From a virus (taxonomy: Duplodnaviria > Caudoviricetes), in IMG/VR virus record IMGVR_UViG_3300044983_000068, positions 1 through 41,652 of that record: a stretch of DNA of 41,652 bases; one strand, 5' to 3'. Both the position numbers and the translations under genes were made by a program. Of this stretch, positions 9,010-18,784 are shown piece after piece (position 1 is the first letter of the stretch; every line of letters begins with the position of its first letter). The notes under the pieces are model-generated. The model was not told where the DNA came from. It did not search any database and saw nothing but the letters and a program-made list of their open reading frames with translations.

Positions 9010-9446
9010 GCGTGAAATCACCAGGGCTGCCCACTGGGCTTGCTAACGTAGCAAACACATTTACTGCGCTGCAGAAGTTCAACCCCGGAACTGCAGAATG
9101 CCTGCGGCTCATCGCGGCGGATTCGGCAGGTGATTGCTTCATGAGCTTCTATAGCTCGGATGGCACGACATTTCGCGCGTACATCGGCAACGGCAGCACG
9201 ACCACGAACACGTTCGATATTTCGAACCTCGCCAATGCTGACATGGATTTCTATACCAATAGCATCAAGCGCCTCAATCTCACGGCGGCCGGCGCGCTCA
9301 ACATCATCGGAACGGTGGGCTTCAACAATACTCCCGCTATCGCAAAGCCGACTGTGACCGGGGCGAAGGGGTCAAACGCGGCGCTTGCCTCGCTCCTGAC
9401 TGCTCTGGCTGCCTATGGTCTCGTCATCGACAGTACCACCGCGTGA
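9006..9446 (+). CDS. Putative head-fibre/fibre protein
   Basis: Fibre-like beta repeats and C-terminal VGFNNTPAIAKPTVTG...ALASLLTALAAYGL module. Confidence 0.55.
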   Translation: MSVKSPGLPTGLANVANTFTALQKFNPGTAECLRLIAADSAGDCFMSFYSSDGTTFRAYIGNGSTTTNTFDISNLANADMDFYTNSIKRLNLTAAGALNIIGTVGFNNTPAIAKPTVTGAKGSNAALASLLTALAAYGLVIDSTTA

Positions 9447-10387
9447 CTACGACAGCTTCAGATCTGATCCAAGGTGCGCTGCGGTTCATCAACCAGTACG
9501 CACCCGGTGAATCGCTCGACGCTAGCGACGCCCAGGATGCGCTAGCAACGCTGAACGATCTGCTCGAATCGTGGAGCACGGACGAAGCAAGCGTGTTCGC
9601 ATCGAACGAAAACGTGTTCAATTACACGTCTGGTCAGTATCAGTACACGATTGGCAACTATGACGCTGGGCAATTTGCCGGCACCGTCACAAGCGGCTCG
9701 GCTGTCATCACAACTGCTACCGTTCCGTCCGATATGGTGGAGGGCGGAGACCTGTCTGGTGCCGGCATTCCTGACGGAGCGACGATCCTCTCATTCAATG
9801 CGGGTGCCAATACGGTCACGATGTCGGCCGTTGGCACAAGCAGTCCCGGCGCACAGCAGATTAGCTACACAATCCCCGGTGACTTCAAGATGGAGCGCCC
9901 GCTTCGTATCACGAATGCGTTCACGCGCATCTACACGCAAGGCTCAGGACTCGACTATCCGATCGAGATAGTGGATCAGAAGCGGTACGTCGACATCGGC
10001 TTCAAGGCCATCCAGGCGCCATGGCCAATCGTGCTCTGGTACAACCCGACGTATCCACTCGGAACAATCTTCGTCTATCAGAATCCGTCAGGCTCGGCAG
10101 AGCTGCACCTCTACACGGACCTCATCCTCACCAACCTTGCAAGCCTCACGCAGGAGATCGTGCTACCACAAGGCTATGCGCGAATGATCAAGCGCATGCT
10201 GGCGCGCGAGCTCGCCCCGGAATACGGCGCCATCTGGTCGCCTCAACAGGAGAAGCTGGCAAAAGAGGCGTACGACTATGTGAAGTCGCTGAATGCCGTG
10301 CCGACGCCGGTCTCGAACTACGATCCGGAGCTGATTCAGCATGCGCGAACGGATGCGGGATGGATTTTGACGGGGGGATTTCGGTAG
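9443..10387 (+). CDS. Head-tail adaptor / DNA stabilisation protein (P22 gp4-like) with inserted beta domain
   Basis: TASDLIQGALR...ALATLNDLLESWS...LPQGY...LARELAPEYG. Position matches gp4. Confidence 0.7.
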   Translation: MTTTASDLIQGALRFINQYAPGESLDASDAQDALATLNDLLESWSTDEASVFASNENVFNYTSGQYQYTIGNYDAGQFAGTVTSGSAVITTATVPSDMVEGGDLSGAGIPDGATILSFNAGANTVTMSAVGTSSPGAQQISYTIPGDFKMERPLRITNAFTRIYTQGSGLDYPIEIVDQKRYVDIGFKAIQAPWPIVLWYNPTYPLGTIFVYQNPSGSAELHLYTDLILTNLASLTQEIVLPQGYARMIKRMLARELAPEYGAIWSPQQEKLAKEAYDYVKSLNAVPTPVSNYDPELIQHARTDAGWILTGGFR

Positions 10388-10396
10388 TCTCCAGAT

Positions 10397-10873
10397 ATGA
10401 ACACCATAGAATCAGTCTGGAAAAAGATCGAGCAGCGTGGGCCTGATGAATGCTGGCCGTGGAAGGGTTACACGTCGAGTGGCTACGGCCGCATAGACAT
10501 CTGCGGGATCAAGGGCGTGTACGCACATAGGGCCGCATACATTGCTGCGTTCCCCAGCAGCCTGCCGTTGAAAGACGATGAAAGTGATCAAGATGTCCTA
10601 CATCGTTGCGATAATCCGGTTTGCTGCAATCCGAATCATCTGTTTATCGGAACGCATGCCGAGAACATGGAGGACAAGCGGAAGAAAGGACGCGCGCCGC
10701 GGCTGACTGGCGAACGTGGACCTCGTGCAAAGCTGACGTCAGAAGACGTGTTCTGGATGCGCATGCAGAAGAAGTACGGCGCAACCAAGAAAGCGCTCGC
10801 ATTGCTCTACGAAGTCAGCGAAGCGACTGTCTCTGGCGCGCTCTACGGTCGCCACTATCAGGACGTCACGTAA
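10397..10873 (+). CDS. HNH homing endonuclease with C-terminal HTH
   Basis: ECWPWKG...GYG...AHRAAY...VLHRCDNPVCCNPNHLFIGTHAENMED...AKLT... Confidence 0.9.
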   Translation: MNTIESVWKKIEQRGPDECWPWKGYTSSGYGRIDICGIKGVYAHRAAYIAAFPSSLPLKDDESDQDVLHRCDNPVCCNPNHLFIGTHAENMEDKRKKGRAPRLTGERGPRAKLTSEDVFWMRMQKKYGATKKALALLYEVSEATVSGALYGRHYQDVT

Positions 10874-12423
10874 TGGGCCTGAACTTCCAAGGCGGGGACT
10901 TCGGTTTCGTGGGCCAGGCGTATACCGCGCCCGATCCGAACCAGGACCGCCAGCGCGCGGTGAACTGGTATTGCGAATATTCGCAGGACCCAAAGAGCAA
11001 GACGCCGGTCGCATTGCTCGGCGCTCCCGGCAAGAACGAGATTCTCGACTTCAGCATCACAAGCAGCGACGTCGCCATCCCTGATACAGGTGGCGTGCGC
11101 GGTATCTGGGTGCTTCCGGGTGGTACGGATGCCCTTTGGGTGGTGGGTGAATCCGTCATTCTCACCCAGACGACCGTGCCTGCCACGCAGACATCGATTG
11201 CGCAGTTCTCGAAGACTTTCATCGGCAACCTGCTCACCAATTCAGGGCCGGTCTGCATCCGCGACAACGGCCCAGGAGGTTACGCCGTCATCGTGGACGG
11301 ACAATACGGCTACACCTATAACCTCACCACGAACGCCTTCGCGCAGATCACCGATTCGGCATTCCTGCCCGCTGATCGGGTGGCATTCATCGATGGCTGG
11401 CTGATCTTCAACCATGTCGGCACGCAGACATTCTTCACGAACGCCTCGGTGCCCTACACAATCACCTTCAGCGGCAGCTTCTATGCGCTAAAGGACTCCT
11501 CGAGCGACAACCTTGTGACGCTCATGGAGAACAACCGCGAGTTGTGGTTGGTCGGCGAGCGTACGAGCGAGGTCTGGTACGACGCAGGCGGTGCAAACTT
11601 CGCCTTTAGCCGCATTCCGGGAGTGGCTCCGCAAATTGGCTGCTCGGCAGCCCAGTCGATCGCGCGCCTCGGGTCTTCCCTCGTATGGCTCGGAAAGAGC
11701 GAGCGCGGCGAGAACATCGTCATTAAGACTGAACAATACAGCTACGTCGATATCTCGACCCGGGCGGTCGAGGCTGCGATCACGAGCTACCCGCTGGTGT
11801 CCGATGCGATCGGCTTTGTGTACGAAGAAGAGGGGCACCTCTTTTACGTGCTGACCTTCCCAACCGCCGACAAAACGTGGGTATACGATCACACGGCGAG
11901 TGAAGCGGCCGGCACGCCCCAATGGCATGAGCGGGCTTCTTTCAATCCCGACACAGGGGTACTTCATCGCGATAAAGCGAGCTGTTTCGCGAACTACCAG
12001 AACATCCGCGTCGTCGGGGACTTCCAGGCGCAGAAGGGCTACCAGATGAGCCGGAAGTATTTCACCGACGGTGATACGCCGCTCGTGGCGATCCGCCGCT
12101 GCCCACACGTGTGGAGCAAGGAAAACCGAAAGAGGATGTTCTTTGCTTCCCTGCAGATCGATTTCGCGCCGGGAGTGGGCTTGCAAACGGGGCAGGGATC
12201 GGACCCGCAGCTCATGGTGCGCTTCTCGCGCGATGGGGGAGCCACCTTCGGCACCGAGTTCTTTCTGGCAGTCGGCAAGGCGGGTCACTACAAAAACCGC
12301 GCCATGCGCCGCAGGATCGGCGTATCGCGCGATTTCGTCGCCGAGGCGAGGTTCACCGATCCCACTCCACGCGACATCGTGGGTGCGACATTGTTCGCGC
12401 AGCCAGAAGTTGAGGCTGCCTGA
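10873..12423 (+). CDS. Packaged DNA stabilisation / tail hub protein (P22 gp10-like)
   Basis: Real start ATG 10873 overlaps the HNH stop (TAATG). Motifs FGFVGQAY, ELWLVGERTSEVW, GHLFYVLTFPTADKTWVYD, WHER, FSRDGG. Confidence 0.85.
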   Translation: MGLNFQGGDFGFVGQAYTAPDPNQDRQRAVNWYCEYSQDPKSKTPVALLGAPGKNEILDFSITSSDVAIPDTGGVRGIWVLPGGTDALWVVGESVILTQTTVPATQTSIAQFSKTFIGNLLTNSGPVCIRDNGPGGYAVIVDGQYGYTYNLTTNAFAQITDSAFLPADRVAFIDGWLIFNHVGTQTFFTNASVPYTITFSGSFYALKDSSSDNLVTLMENNRELWLVGERTSEVWYDAGGANFAFSRIPGVAPQIGCSAAQSIARLGSSLVWLGKSERGENIVIKTEQYSYVDISTRAVEAAITSYPLVSDAIGFVYEEEGHLFYVLTFPTADKTWVYDHTASEAAGTPQWHERASFNPDTGVLHRDKASCFANYQNIRVVGDFQAQKGYQMSRKYFTDGDTPLVAIRRCPHVWSKENRKRMFFASLQIDFAPGVGLQTGQGSDPQLMVRFSRDGGATFGTEFFLAVGKAGHYKNRAMRRRIGVSRDFVAEARFTDPTPRDIVGATLFAQPEVEAA

Positions 12424-12767
12424 TGCCAGCCTCACAGCTCAACTCGCTGCCCAACTATCCGGTTCCGCTCGCGCGTGGCCAGGTCACGGAGTCAGCGTGG
12501 TATCGGTTTTTTGCTGGCCTGTTCCAGGGCCTGCCGCCCGAAAATGTCACGGTGCCCGCAGTCGGCGCCTCTCCCTACACCTACAGCGCAGTACGAAAGG
12601 GCTCGCTGATTGTCGAAGGCGGAACTGTATCGAGCATCGAGTTCAGCCGTAACGGCACGGACTACTACGATGTCGGCACGACGGCCGGCATGTTCATGCT
12701 CAACGCGTCAGACATCCTCAGGATCACGTACTCGGGCTTGCCCAACGTGACGTTCGTGCCGTCATGA
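12423..12767 (+). CDS. Small tail protein (gp26/needle position)
   Basis: Coupled to the gp10-like gene. N-terminal AWYRFF motif. Confidence 0.55.
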   Translation: MPASQLNSLPNYPVPLARGQVTESAWYRFFAGLFQGLPPENVTVPAVGASPYTYSAVRKGSLIVEGGTVSSIEFSRNGTDYYDVGTTAGMFMLNASDILRITYSGLPNVTFVPS

Positions 12768-13234
12768 GCTGGGATGCGAACGGAGCGCCGCTCGATATCG
12801 AGATCCTCGATGAGAATCGCATCGTCGAGTCTGCTCCGCTAGAATCGAGCCGGGCAGCGCTCGTCAATCGAGCCGTGCAGGAATTCTCAAAGCTCCCGCA
12901 GACCGAGTGTCCCGTGACGCATCGGTTTGCACCCGGGGTTTACCTGCGCGAGATCTCCATGCCCGCCGGCGCTATCGTCATCGGAAAGATTCACCGCACC
13001 GAGCATTTCAATGTGCTGATCCGTGGCGCGTGTCTCATCGTACATGACGATGGCCGAAAAGAAGAATTGCGCGCGCCAATGTCCTTTGTCTCGAAGGCGG
13101 GCGTGCAGAAAGTCCTCGTCATCCTCGAGGACATGATCTGGCAGACCATCCATCCCACGATGGAAACCGATCTTGCGCGGCTCGAAACGGAGCTGATTCA
13201 GCCCTATGAGCCTGCACTGGAGTATCAATCATGA
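12764..13234 (+). CDS. Cupin-like phage protein
   Basis: HRFAPGVYLREISMPAGAIVIGKIHRTEH is cupin-like, and the gene sits just before the ejection genes. Confidence 0.6.
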   Translation: MSWDANGAPLDIEILDENRIVESAPLESSRAALVNRAVQEFSKLPQTECPVTHRFAPGVYLREISMPAGAIVIGKIHRTEHFNVLIRGACLIVHDDGRKEELRAPMSFVSKAGVQKVLVILEDMIWQTIHPTMETDLARLETELIQPYEPALEYQS

Positions 13235-13677
13235 CCTGGGTTGCGGCAGCCATTGGTGGAAGCGCGCTGATTGGCGCGGGCTCTTCCTATCTCGGAAGCA
13301 AGCAGCAAGCCAAGGGCGCGCAGAAAGCCGCCGATATAAATCTCGGCATGTTCAACACGCTGAACCAGCAGCAGCAGCCATACATCCAAAGTGGCTACGG
13401 TGCGATGGGCCGGCTCAATACGCTGCTCGGGCTCAATCCGAATCCTTCGTATCGCGCGCCAGCCGTGACAGGCAGCCCCGCATATCAAATCACGCCAAGC
13501 GGCGGCATCGATCAGATGCCGCAGGTCGGCCCATCACGACAGCATGACGTTTTCGCGGGCGGGCCAGGCGGCGATCCGCGCGGCGGCGGCAATCCGGTTC
13601 AGTTGCGGCAGCTCCTCGCACTCCGGGCCGCGCACGGTGACAGACAGGCGCAGGCGATCCTGACAGGAGGCGTCTGA
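13231..13677 (+). CDS. DNA ejection protein (gp7-like), N-terminal portion
   Basis: MTWVAAAIGGSALIGAG...QQPYIQSGYGAMGRL is typical of podovirus pilot proteins. Confidence 0.65.
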   Translation: MTWVAAAIGGSALIGAGSSYLGSKQQAKGAQKAADINLGMFNTLNQQQQPYIQSGYGAMGRLNTLLGLNPNPSYRAPAVTGSPAYQITPSGGIDQMPQVGPSRQHDVFAGGPGGDPRGGGNPVQLRQLLALRAAHGDRQAQAILTGGV

Positions 13678-14327
13678 TGGGCTTCTTCTCGGGCCTGAAA
13701 AAGGCACTGAACCCGCTCGGGACTGATCATCCCATCGGCAATCCTGGCGGATACATCCTAGGCAACATCATCAACAAGGACCAGCCGGCACCCGCAGCTG
13801 CCGCCTCGAGTACAGGCATGCCCATGGATGCAGGCATATCGTACGGCGATCCAGGCTCGGCCGACTACGGCTCCCTGACGAAGCCGTTCGACGTCGAGGA
13901 GTTCTACAAGTATCAGGACCCCGGCTACTGGTTCCGGCTGCAGCAGGGCACGCAAGGCCTGCGCAATGCGGCTGCCGCAGGTTCTGGCGCACTCTCCGGC
14001 GCCGCCCTGAAGGACCTGCTCGCCTACAACCAGGACATGGCAAGTCAGGAGTACACCAACTCCTTCAACCGCTACCAGACCCAGCAGGGCAACATCTTCT
14101 CGCGCCTGTCGGACATCGCGCACCTTGGGCAGAGCGCAGCTGCAGGTGTGGGCTCACAGGGAACGGCGCTGGCCAGCAACGCTGGCCAGCAGGTCTACAA
14201 CGCTGGATCAGCAACTGGCGCGGGATACGTCGGCGCCGGCAATGCCCTCGCGCAGGGCGCGCAGAATTACTGGCTCTACAACAACCCGCAGGCATGGCAG
14301 CCCAGAGTTAGCGCGGGAGGCGTCTGA
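13677..14327 (+). CDS. DNA ejection protein (gp7-like), C-terminal portion
   Basis: QDPGYWFRLQQG...SGALSGAALKDL..YNQDMASQEY..FNRY...GQSAAAG. Confidence 0.7.
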   Translation: MGFFSGLKKALNPLGTDHPIGNPGGYILGNIINKDQPAPAAAASSTGMPMDAGISYGDPGSADYGSLTKPFDVEEFYKYQDPGYWFRLQQGTQGLRNAAAAGSGALSGAALKDLLAYNQDMASQEYTNSFNRYQTQQGNIFSRLSDIAHLGQSAAAGVGSQGTALASNAGQQVYNAGSATGAGYVGAGNALAQGAQNYWLYNNPQAWQPRVSAGGV

Positions 14328-15751
14328 TGGCCGAGCTCGTCGGGCTCAACACTCAGGTGCCGGACATCCTGCCGAAGCTCTCGCAGCTTCTACAGATCCA
14401 GCAGCAGCGGACGCAGCTTGCAGGGGCCGAGCAGACTCAGCGCCAGCGTGCAGCGCTTGCCAAGTACGACTTCGGCCAGCACGTCGGCGAGGATGGCACT
14501 GTTGACCTCAACAGCCTGACGCAGGACCCAGAACTGCGCGCGGCGGCGGGCGACCAGTATCTCGAAGTACTCCAGCACGCTGCATTGGCAAAGCAGTCGC
14601 AGCTCGAAGCAAAGTCGAAACTCTTCAGTCTCCGCGGCGATCAGGTTGCAAGTCTCGCGCAGACTATCACGCCGCTGCTCAGCGATCCGGACGTCGCCGA
14701 GGACAACGATAAGGGGCGCCAGAAGGTCAACGAAGCGTGGATGCAGTATGGGCAGCTCCATGGAGATGAAGCCCTTCCTGTGCTTCGTACATTCGCCGCG
14801 CCACTGAAAAACGCGCCGCCCGGGAAGATGTCGCAGGCCCTGCGCATGATCCAGATGCAGGCGCTCGATGTGGAGCGCCAACGTGAGGCGCGCCTGCCGA
14901 CGCTCGTCAACAAGGGAGGATCGCTCGTCAATGTCAACCCGGATGTGTCTACAGCCGCGCCGGGGGAAATTCCGCTCACGCTGGCGCCGGGTGCAACGAT
15001 CGTCACCGATCAGAAGGGCGCGCAGTTTGTCCTGAATCCGCAGACGAACACTGTCACTCCAGTGGGTCAGGGAGGCGCTGCTGGACCGTCTGCATCACCC
15101 TCTGCGCCAACGTTCACGCAGCCAAAATATGTTGGTCAGTCCGAGGATATCCGCGCTCAGCAGCAGGAGGTGGATGCAGTTCGTAAGCAGGCCGATACCG
15201 CACCGGTCAATCGCAACATCTTCCAGCACATCCTGAAGATGGCGGACGAGACGAATACTGGTCCGCTGGTCTCGCTCATTCAGAACACGTCGATTGGCGG
15301 CCAAGTCTTTGGCGACAACTACCAGGAGCTGGGGAAGTACCTCGAGAAGAACGCCATCGCGAATATGCAGGCGATGGGAGGTCCTCCAAGCGATGCGCGC
15401 CTGTCCGCAGCGGTCGCCGCCAACGGCTCGACGAAGTTCAACCCAAAGGCATTGAAGGCCGTTACCGACTTCAACTACGCCACCAATACCGGACTGGAAC
15501 GCTACCGACAGGGACTGGATAAGGCGATCGGGACCGGGACGAATGTGGATTACTCGAAGCTACCTGAGTTCAAGGCAGCATGGGCTAAGAACTTCGATAT
15601 CGACGCATTCCGACTCGAGAACGCGGTAGCTGATGGCAACGAAGCCCAGCAGCGAGAGATTCTGGAGAGCCTGACGCCAGCGCGACGTAAGGAAGTGGCC
15701 AAGAAAATGGCAGCGCTGGACTCCCTTGCCGAAAGCGGGAATCTGCCGTGA
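14327..15751 (+). CDS. Internal virion/ejection protein (gp20 position)
   Basis: Helical and Q/A-rich. Position between the gp7-like gene and the large ejection protein. Confidence 0.65.
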   Translation: MAELVGLNTQVPDILPKLSQLLQIQQQRTQLAGAEQTQRQRAALAKYDFGQHVGEDGTVDLNSLTQDPELRAAAGDQYLEVLQHAALAKQSQLEAKSKLFSLRGDQVASLAQTITPLLSDPDVAEDNDKGRQKVNEAWMQYGQLHGDEALPVLRTFAAPLKNAPPGKMSQALRMIQMQALDVERQREARLPTLVNKGGSLVNVNPDVSTAAPGEIPLTLAPGATIVTDQKGAQFVLNPQTNTVTPVGQGGAAGPSASPSAPTFTQPKYVGQSEDIRAQQQEVDAVRKQADTAPVNRNIFQHILKMADETNTGPLVSLIQNTSIGGQVFGDNYQELGKYLEKNAIANMQAMGGPPSDARLSAAVAANGSTKFNPKALKAVTDFNYATNTGLERYRQGLDKAIGTGTNVDYSKLPEFKAAWAKNFDIDAFRLENAVADGNEAQQREILESLTPARRKEVAKKMAALDSLAESGNLP

Positions 15752-17652
15752 GTCAGGCGGCTCTCGCGTTGCTCCAGACAGATGATAGTTCTGCGGACGA
15801 TTCGCAGCAGTCACCCTCGAAGCGTGCGATCGATTTGCTGGAGGGCAAAGCCCAGGTTGCAGAGCGCCTTCCTGTCAGCGGCATCGAGCATGCTCGGAAA
15901 GCACTGTCTGTATTTGCGCAGCATCCGTTTACAGCGGCTACCGGGATGCTGGAGAACGCAGTCAGTGGCGTGACCGGTGGCGTGGGATCGCTAGTCGAGG
16001 CCGTCACGGGATCGGACCCCGGAACCTACTCCGAGAAGCTGGCATATCGCCCTCGCACCGAGGCTGGTTCGCAGATAGCGGAGCTTGGAGGCGAAGAGGC
16101 GGCGAAGATTGGCTCGGTATATGACCAAGTTGCCGGCACCGGGCCGCTTGCACAGACCATCAAGGAGCGCATTCCGCAATTCGCGGCCGCAGCGGGCACA
16201 GTCTCAGGACTGGCCGAAGTTCCTCGGCTTGGTCGAGTTTCCCCGCATGTTTCTCCGCTGACGCCCACTGTCGAGCAAATTGTTACAGATGCGGCCTCCA
16301 AGCAATCGATGGGTGCAGCCGCCGCGGTCCCTTCGCGGCTGGCAACGGCCAGCCCCGAGCTCCAGGCCGCCATTCGCGCGGAAGCGCGCTCTGGTGGTGT
16401 GGATCTCAATACGCTCGACCGGCATCTAGAGGCCGATTCTCTGCCCGTGCGTGTGCGGCTCACGCGTGGGCAGGCAACACAGGACCCTGTACTCATCTCC
16501 GATGAGATGAATCGCCGCGGCAAAGATCCAGAGTTTGCCGCTCGCTTCAATGAGCAGAATCAGCAACTCATCGACAACCTCGACGAGATCCGACGTGAGG
16601 CATCGCCCAACGTTGTTGGAAACGATCCCATCCAGAACGGCCAGCAGATTGTTGATAGCTACAAGTCGATCGACCAGACGTCGCGCGATGAGATCAACGC
16701 AGCATACAAAGCCGCGCGCGATGCCAACGGCGGTGATCTACCGATGGATGCCCAGGCCTTCACGAAAACGGCAGACGCGGCTCTGAAGAAGAACATGAAG
16801 GCGCGCTATGTGCCTTCGGAGATCGCGGCAGATCTTGCGGAGATTCGCGAAACAGGCTCGATGAATTTCGAGACTTTCGAGAATCTTCGGACGAATCTTG
16901 CCGCAGAAGCGCGCAAGGCAGAGCGCTCTGGGGATGGAAACGCAGCGGCGGCCGTCAATCTCATTCGTGATGCGATTGAAAACGTAGAGCCGATGGGCAA
17001 GGCGAAGGAGGTCAAACCACTCTTCGACCAAGCACGCTCGCTTGCGAAAGCTCGGTTCGATCGCGTGAAAGCCGATCCCGCGTACAAGGCCGCCATAGAG
17101 GATGCCGCTGAAGTCGGGCAGGCATCGCCACTCGCAGACCAGTTCGTCGAGAAGTACATCGTAAAGGGCAAGGGCGCTCACTTGGATCGCATGCGCGAAA
17201 ACCTCGCGAATGATCCAACCGCCAACGAGGTGATTTCGGCAGCCGCGCTGAACTATCTCAAGGCCAAGTCAGGCGTGAACCTCTACACCAACGAGGGCAA
17301 CTTTTCGCAGGCAGGATTCAATCGCGCTCTGGCGGAGATCACTCCAAAGCTCGACAGGCTCGTGAGCCCTCAGGCCGCCGAGCAGATCCAGACATTGGGC
17401 AACGTCTCGCGTTATGTGATGGCACAGCCGCGCGGATCGTTCGTCAACAACAGTAATACGACCGTGGCCGCGCATGCTGCCAACATCGCGAAGGGAGTAG
17501 CCGAGCGCAGTGTCAATGCCATGGTGCCCGGCGCAGACCTCGGAACACTGGGCCGCGAGAAGCTTGCCAAGCGCGCCGAAAAGAAGGAAGTGCAGGAAGC
17601 ACTCAAACCCGGCGCCGGCATCGGCATGAAGCCGAAGAAGGGTCAGCCGTGA
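15748..17652 (+). CDS. Large internal virion/ejection protein (gp16 position)
   Basis: 634 aa, helical, with LTRGQATQDP and C-terminal NNSNT motifs. Confidence 0.65.
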   Translation: MSQAALALLQTDDSSADDSQQSPSKRAIDLLEGKAQVAERLPVSGIEHARKALSVFAQHPFTAATGMLENAVSGVTGGVGSLVEAVTGSDPGTYSEKLAYRPRTEAGSQIAELGGEEAAKIGSVYDQVAGTGPLAQTIKERIPQFAAAAGTVSGLAEVPRLGRVSPHVSPLTPTVEQIVTDAASKQSMGAAAAVPSRLATASPELQAAIRAEARSGGVDLNTLDRHLEADSLPVRVRLTRGQATQDPVLISDEMNRRGKDPEFAARFNEQNQQLIDNLDEIRREASPNVVGNDPIQNGQQIVDSYKSIDQTSRDEINAAYKAARDANGGDLPMDAQAFTKTADAALKKNMKARYVPSEIAADLAEIRETGSMNFETFENLRTNLAAEARKAERSGDGNAAAAVNLIRDAIENVEPMGKAKEVKPLFDQARSLAKARFDRVKADPAYKAAIEDAAEVGQASPLADQFVEKYIVKGKGAHLDRMRENLANDPTANEVISAAALNYLKAKSGVNLYTNEGNFSQAGFNRALAEITPKLDRLVSPQAAEQIQTLGNVSRYVMAQPRGSFVNNSNTTVAAHAANIAKGVAERSVNAMVPGADLGTLGREKLAKRAEKKEVQEALKPGAGIGMKPKKGQP

Positions 17653-17795
17653 TGCGTCACGATCATCACTGCGGCTATGACCAGCAGCATGCAGAGCCCA
17701 AGCGTGATCCACAGCGCTTTGCGGAAGTTCGGGAACTCGATCGCCAGCCAGATCACACCGGCCACCAGAATGATCGGGATCAGAACTGCGTGCAT
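17643..17795 (-). CDS. 50-aa two-TM membrane protein (moron; superinfection-exclusion candidate)
   Basis: MHAVLIPIILVAGVIWLAIEFPNFRKALWITLGLCMLLVIAAVMIVTHHG. TATAGT lies 7 nt upstream of the ATG, suggesting a leaderless transcript. Not in the ORF track. Confidence 0.65.
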   Translation of the reverse strand: MHAVLIPIILVAGVIWLAIEFPNFRKALWITLGLCMLLVIAAVMIVTHHG

Positions 17796-17830
17796 GGCAC
17801 TGACTATACGTCAGCCACGGAGGCCCTGTC

Positions 17831-18784
17831 GTGACCGACATCCTCTCGCCATCTCCCAAGCAGCAGTTCTTTGACAATAACGGGCGGCCGTTGGTGGGCG
17901 GGAAACTGTTCACCTATGAGGCGGGTAGCTCCACGAAGCTTGCCACCTACACCGACTCTGGCGGTCTCACAGCCAACGCGAATCCGATCGTCCTCGACTA
18001 CCGGGGCGAGGCGAATATCTGGATCCCTCCGAACGTCGCATATAAGTACGTTCTGTCACCGAGCACGGATACAGACCCGCCGACAAATCCCATCTGGTCC
18101 ATCGATGACGTAATAAGTTCACAACTCATTACCCTCTATGGAGGGGTCGATGAAGGAGTGGCGAACGCCTACGTCCTGACGTTCACAGCGAACTTCACCG
18201 CGTACACAGACGGCATCGTTATCTACTGGATTCCGGCGCACACCAACTCGACGGCCAGCACGATCAATGTCAATGGTCTCGGAATCGTCGATATCGTCAA
18301 CCAAGATGGCACTCCGCTCACCTCGAGCCAGCTCGTTGCAAACCAGGTTGCCACCATCATGTATGTGGGCGGGCAGTTCTTGCTGATCTCTTCGGGCATT
18401 GCGCCGAGCGTCGTCACGGGGTTTTTCACGCCAGCCTGGACAGGATTCTCAGCCGACCCGATCGGCGAAATCTTTTACACGAAGATCGGCGCGCTCATCA
18501 TTCTCACGTTCGGTGTCTTCAGCACAGGGACATCCAACTCCACAGAGATGAGTATTACAAATCTGCCATCGATCATTCGACCGCAGACCGATCCTAATCC
18601 GAGAGCGGTATGCCTCGTGGTGGATAACGGCCAGTCGGCTTCGGGCGCATTCAGCTTCGGCGTTATACCTGGAACGATGATTTTCTATAAGGGAACGGCG
18701 CCTCCGTCAGCCACTGGCTTCACAAATGCGGGCACCAAAGGCTTCGCGTCATATACGCCGATTTTCTATACGACACTCGCATGA
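17831..18784 (+). CDS. Tail fibre/tailspike 1
   Basis: N-terminal virion-attachment domain QFFDNNGRPLVGGKLFTYEAG...NPIVLDYRGEA, followed by a NSTASTINVNGLG module. Confidence 0.8.
   Translation: MTDILSPSPKQQFFDNNGRPLVGGKLFTYEAGSSTKLATYTDSGGLTANANPIVLDYRGEANIWIPPNVAYKYVLSPSTDTDPPTNPIWSIDDVISSQLITLYGGVDEGVANAYVLTFTANFTAYTDGIVIYWIPAHTNSTASTINVNGLGIVDIVNQDGTPLTSSQLVANQVATIMYVGGQFLLISSGIAPSVVTGFFTPAWTGFSADPIGEIFYTKIGALIILTFGVFSTGTSNSTEMSITNLPSIIRPQTDPNPRAVCLVVDNGQSASGAFSFGVIPGTMIFYKGTAPPSATGFTNAGTKGFASYTPIFYTTLA

Noticed and set aside
10621-10872. N-terminal 84 aa of the 600-aa ORF
   Set aside because: It overlaps the HNH gene. The real gp10-like start is ATG 10873.
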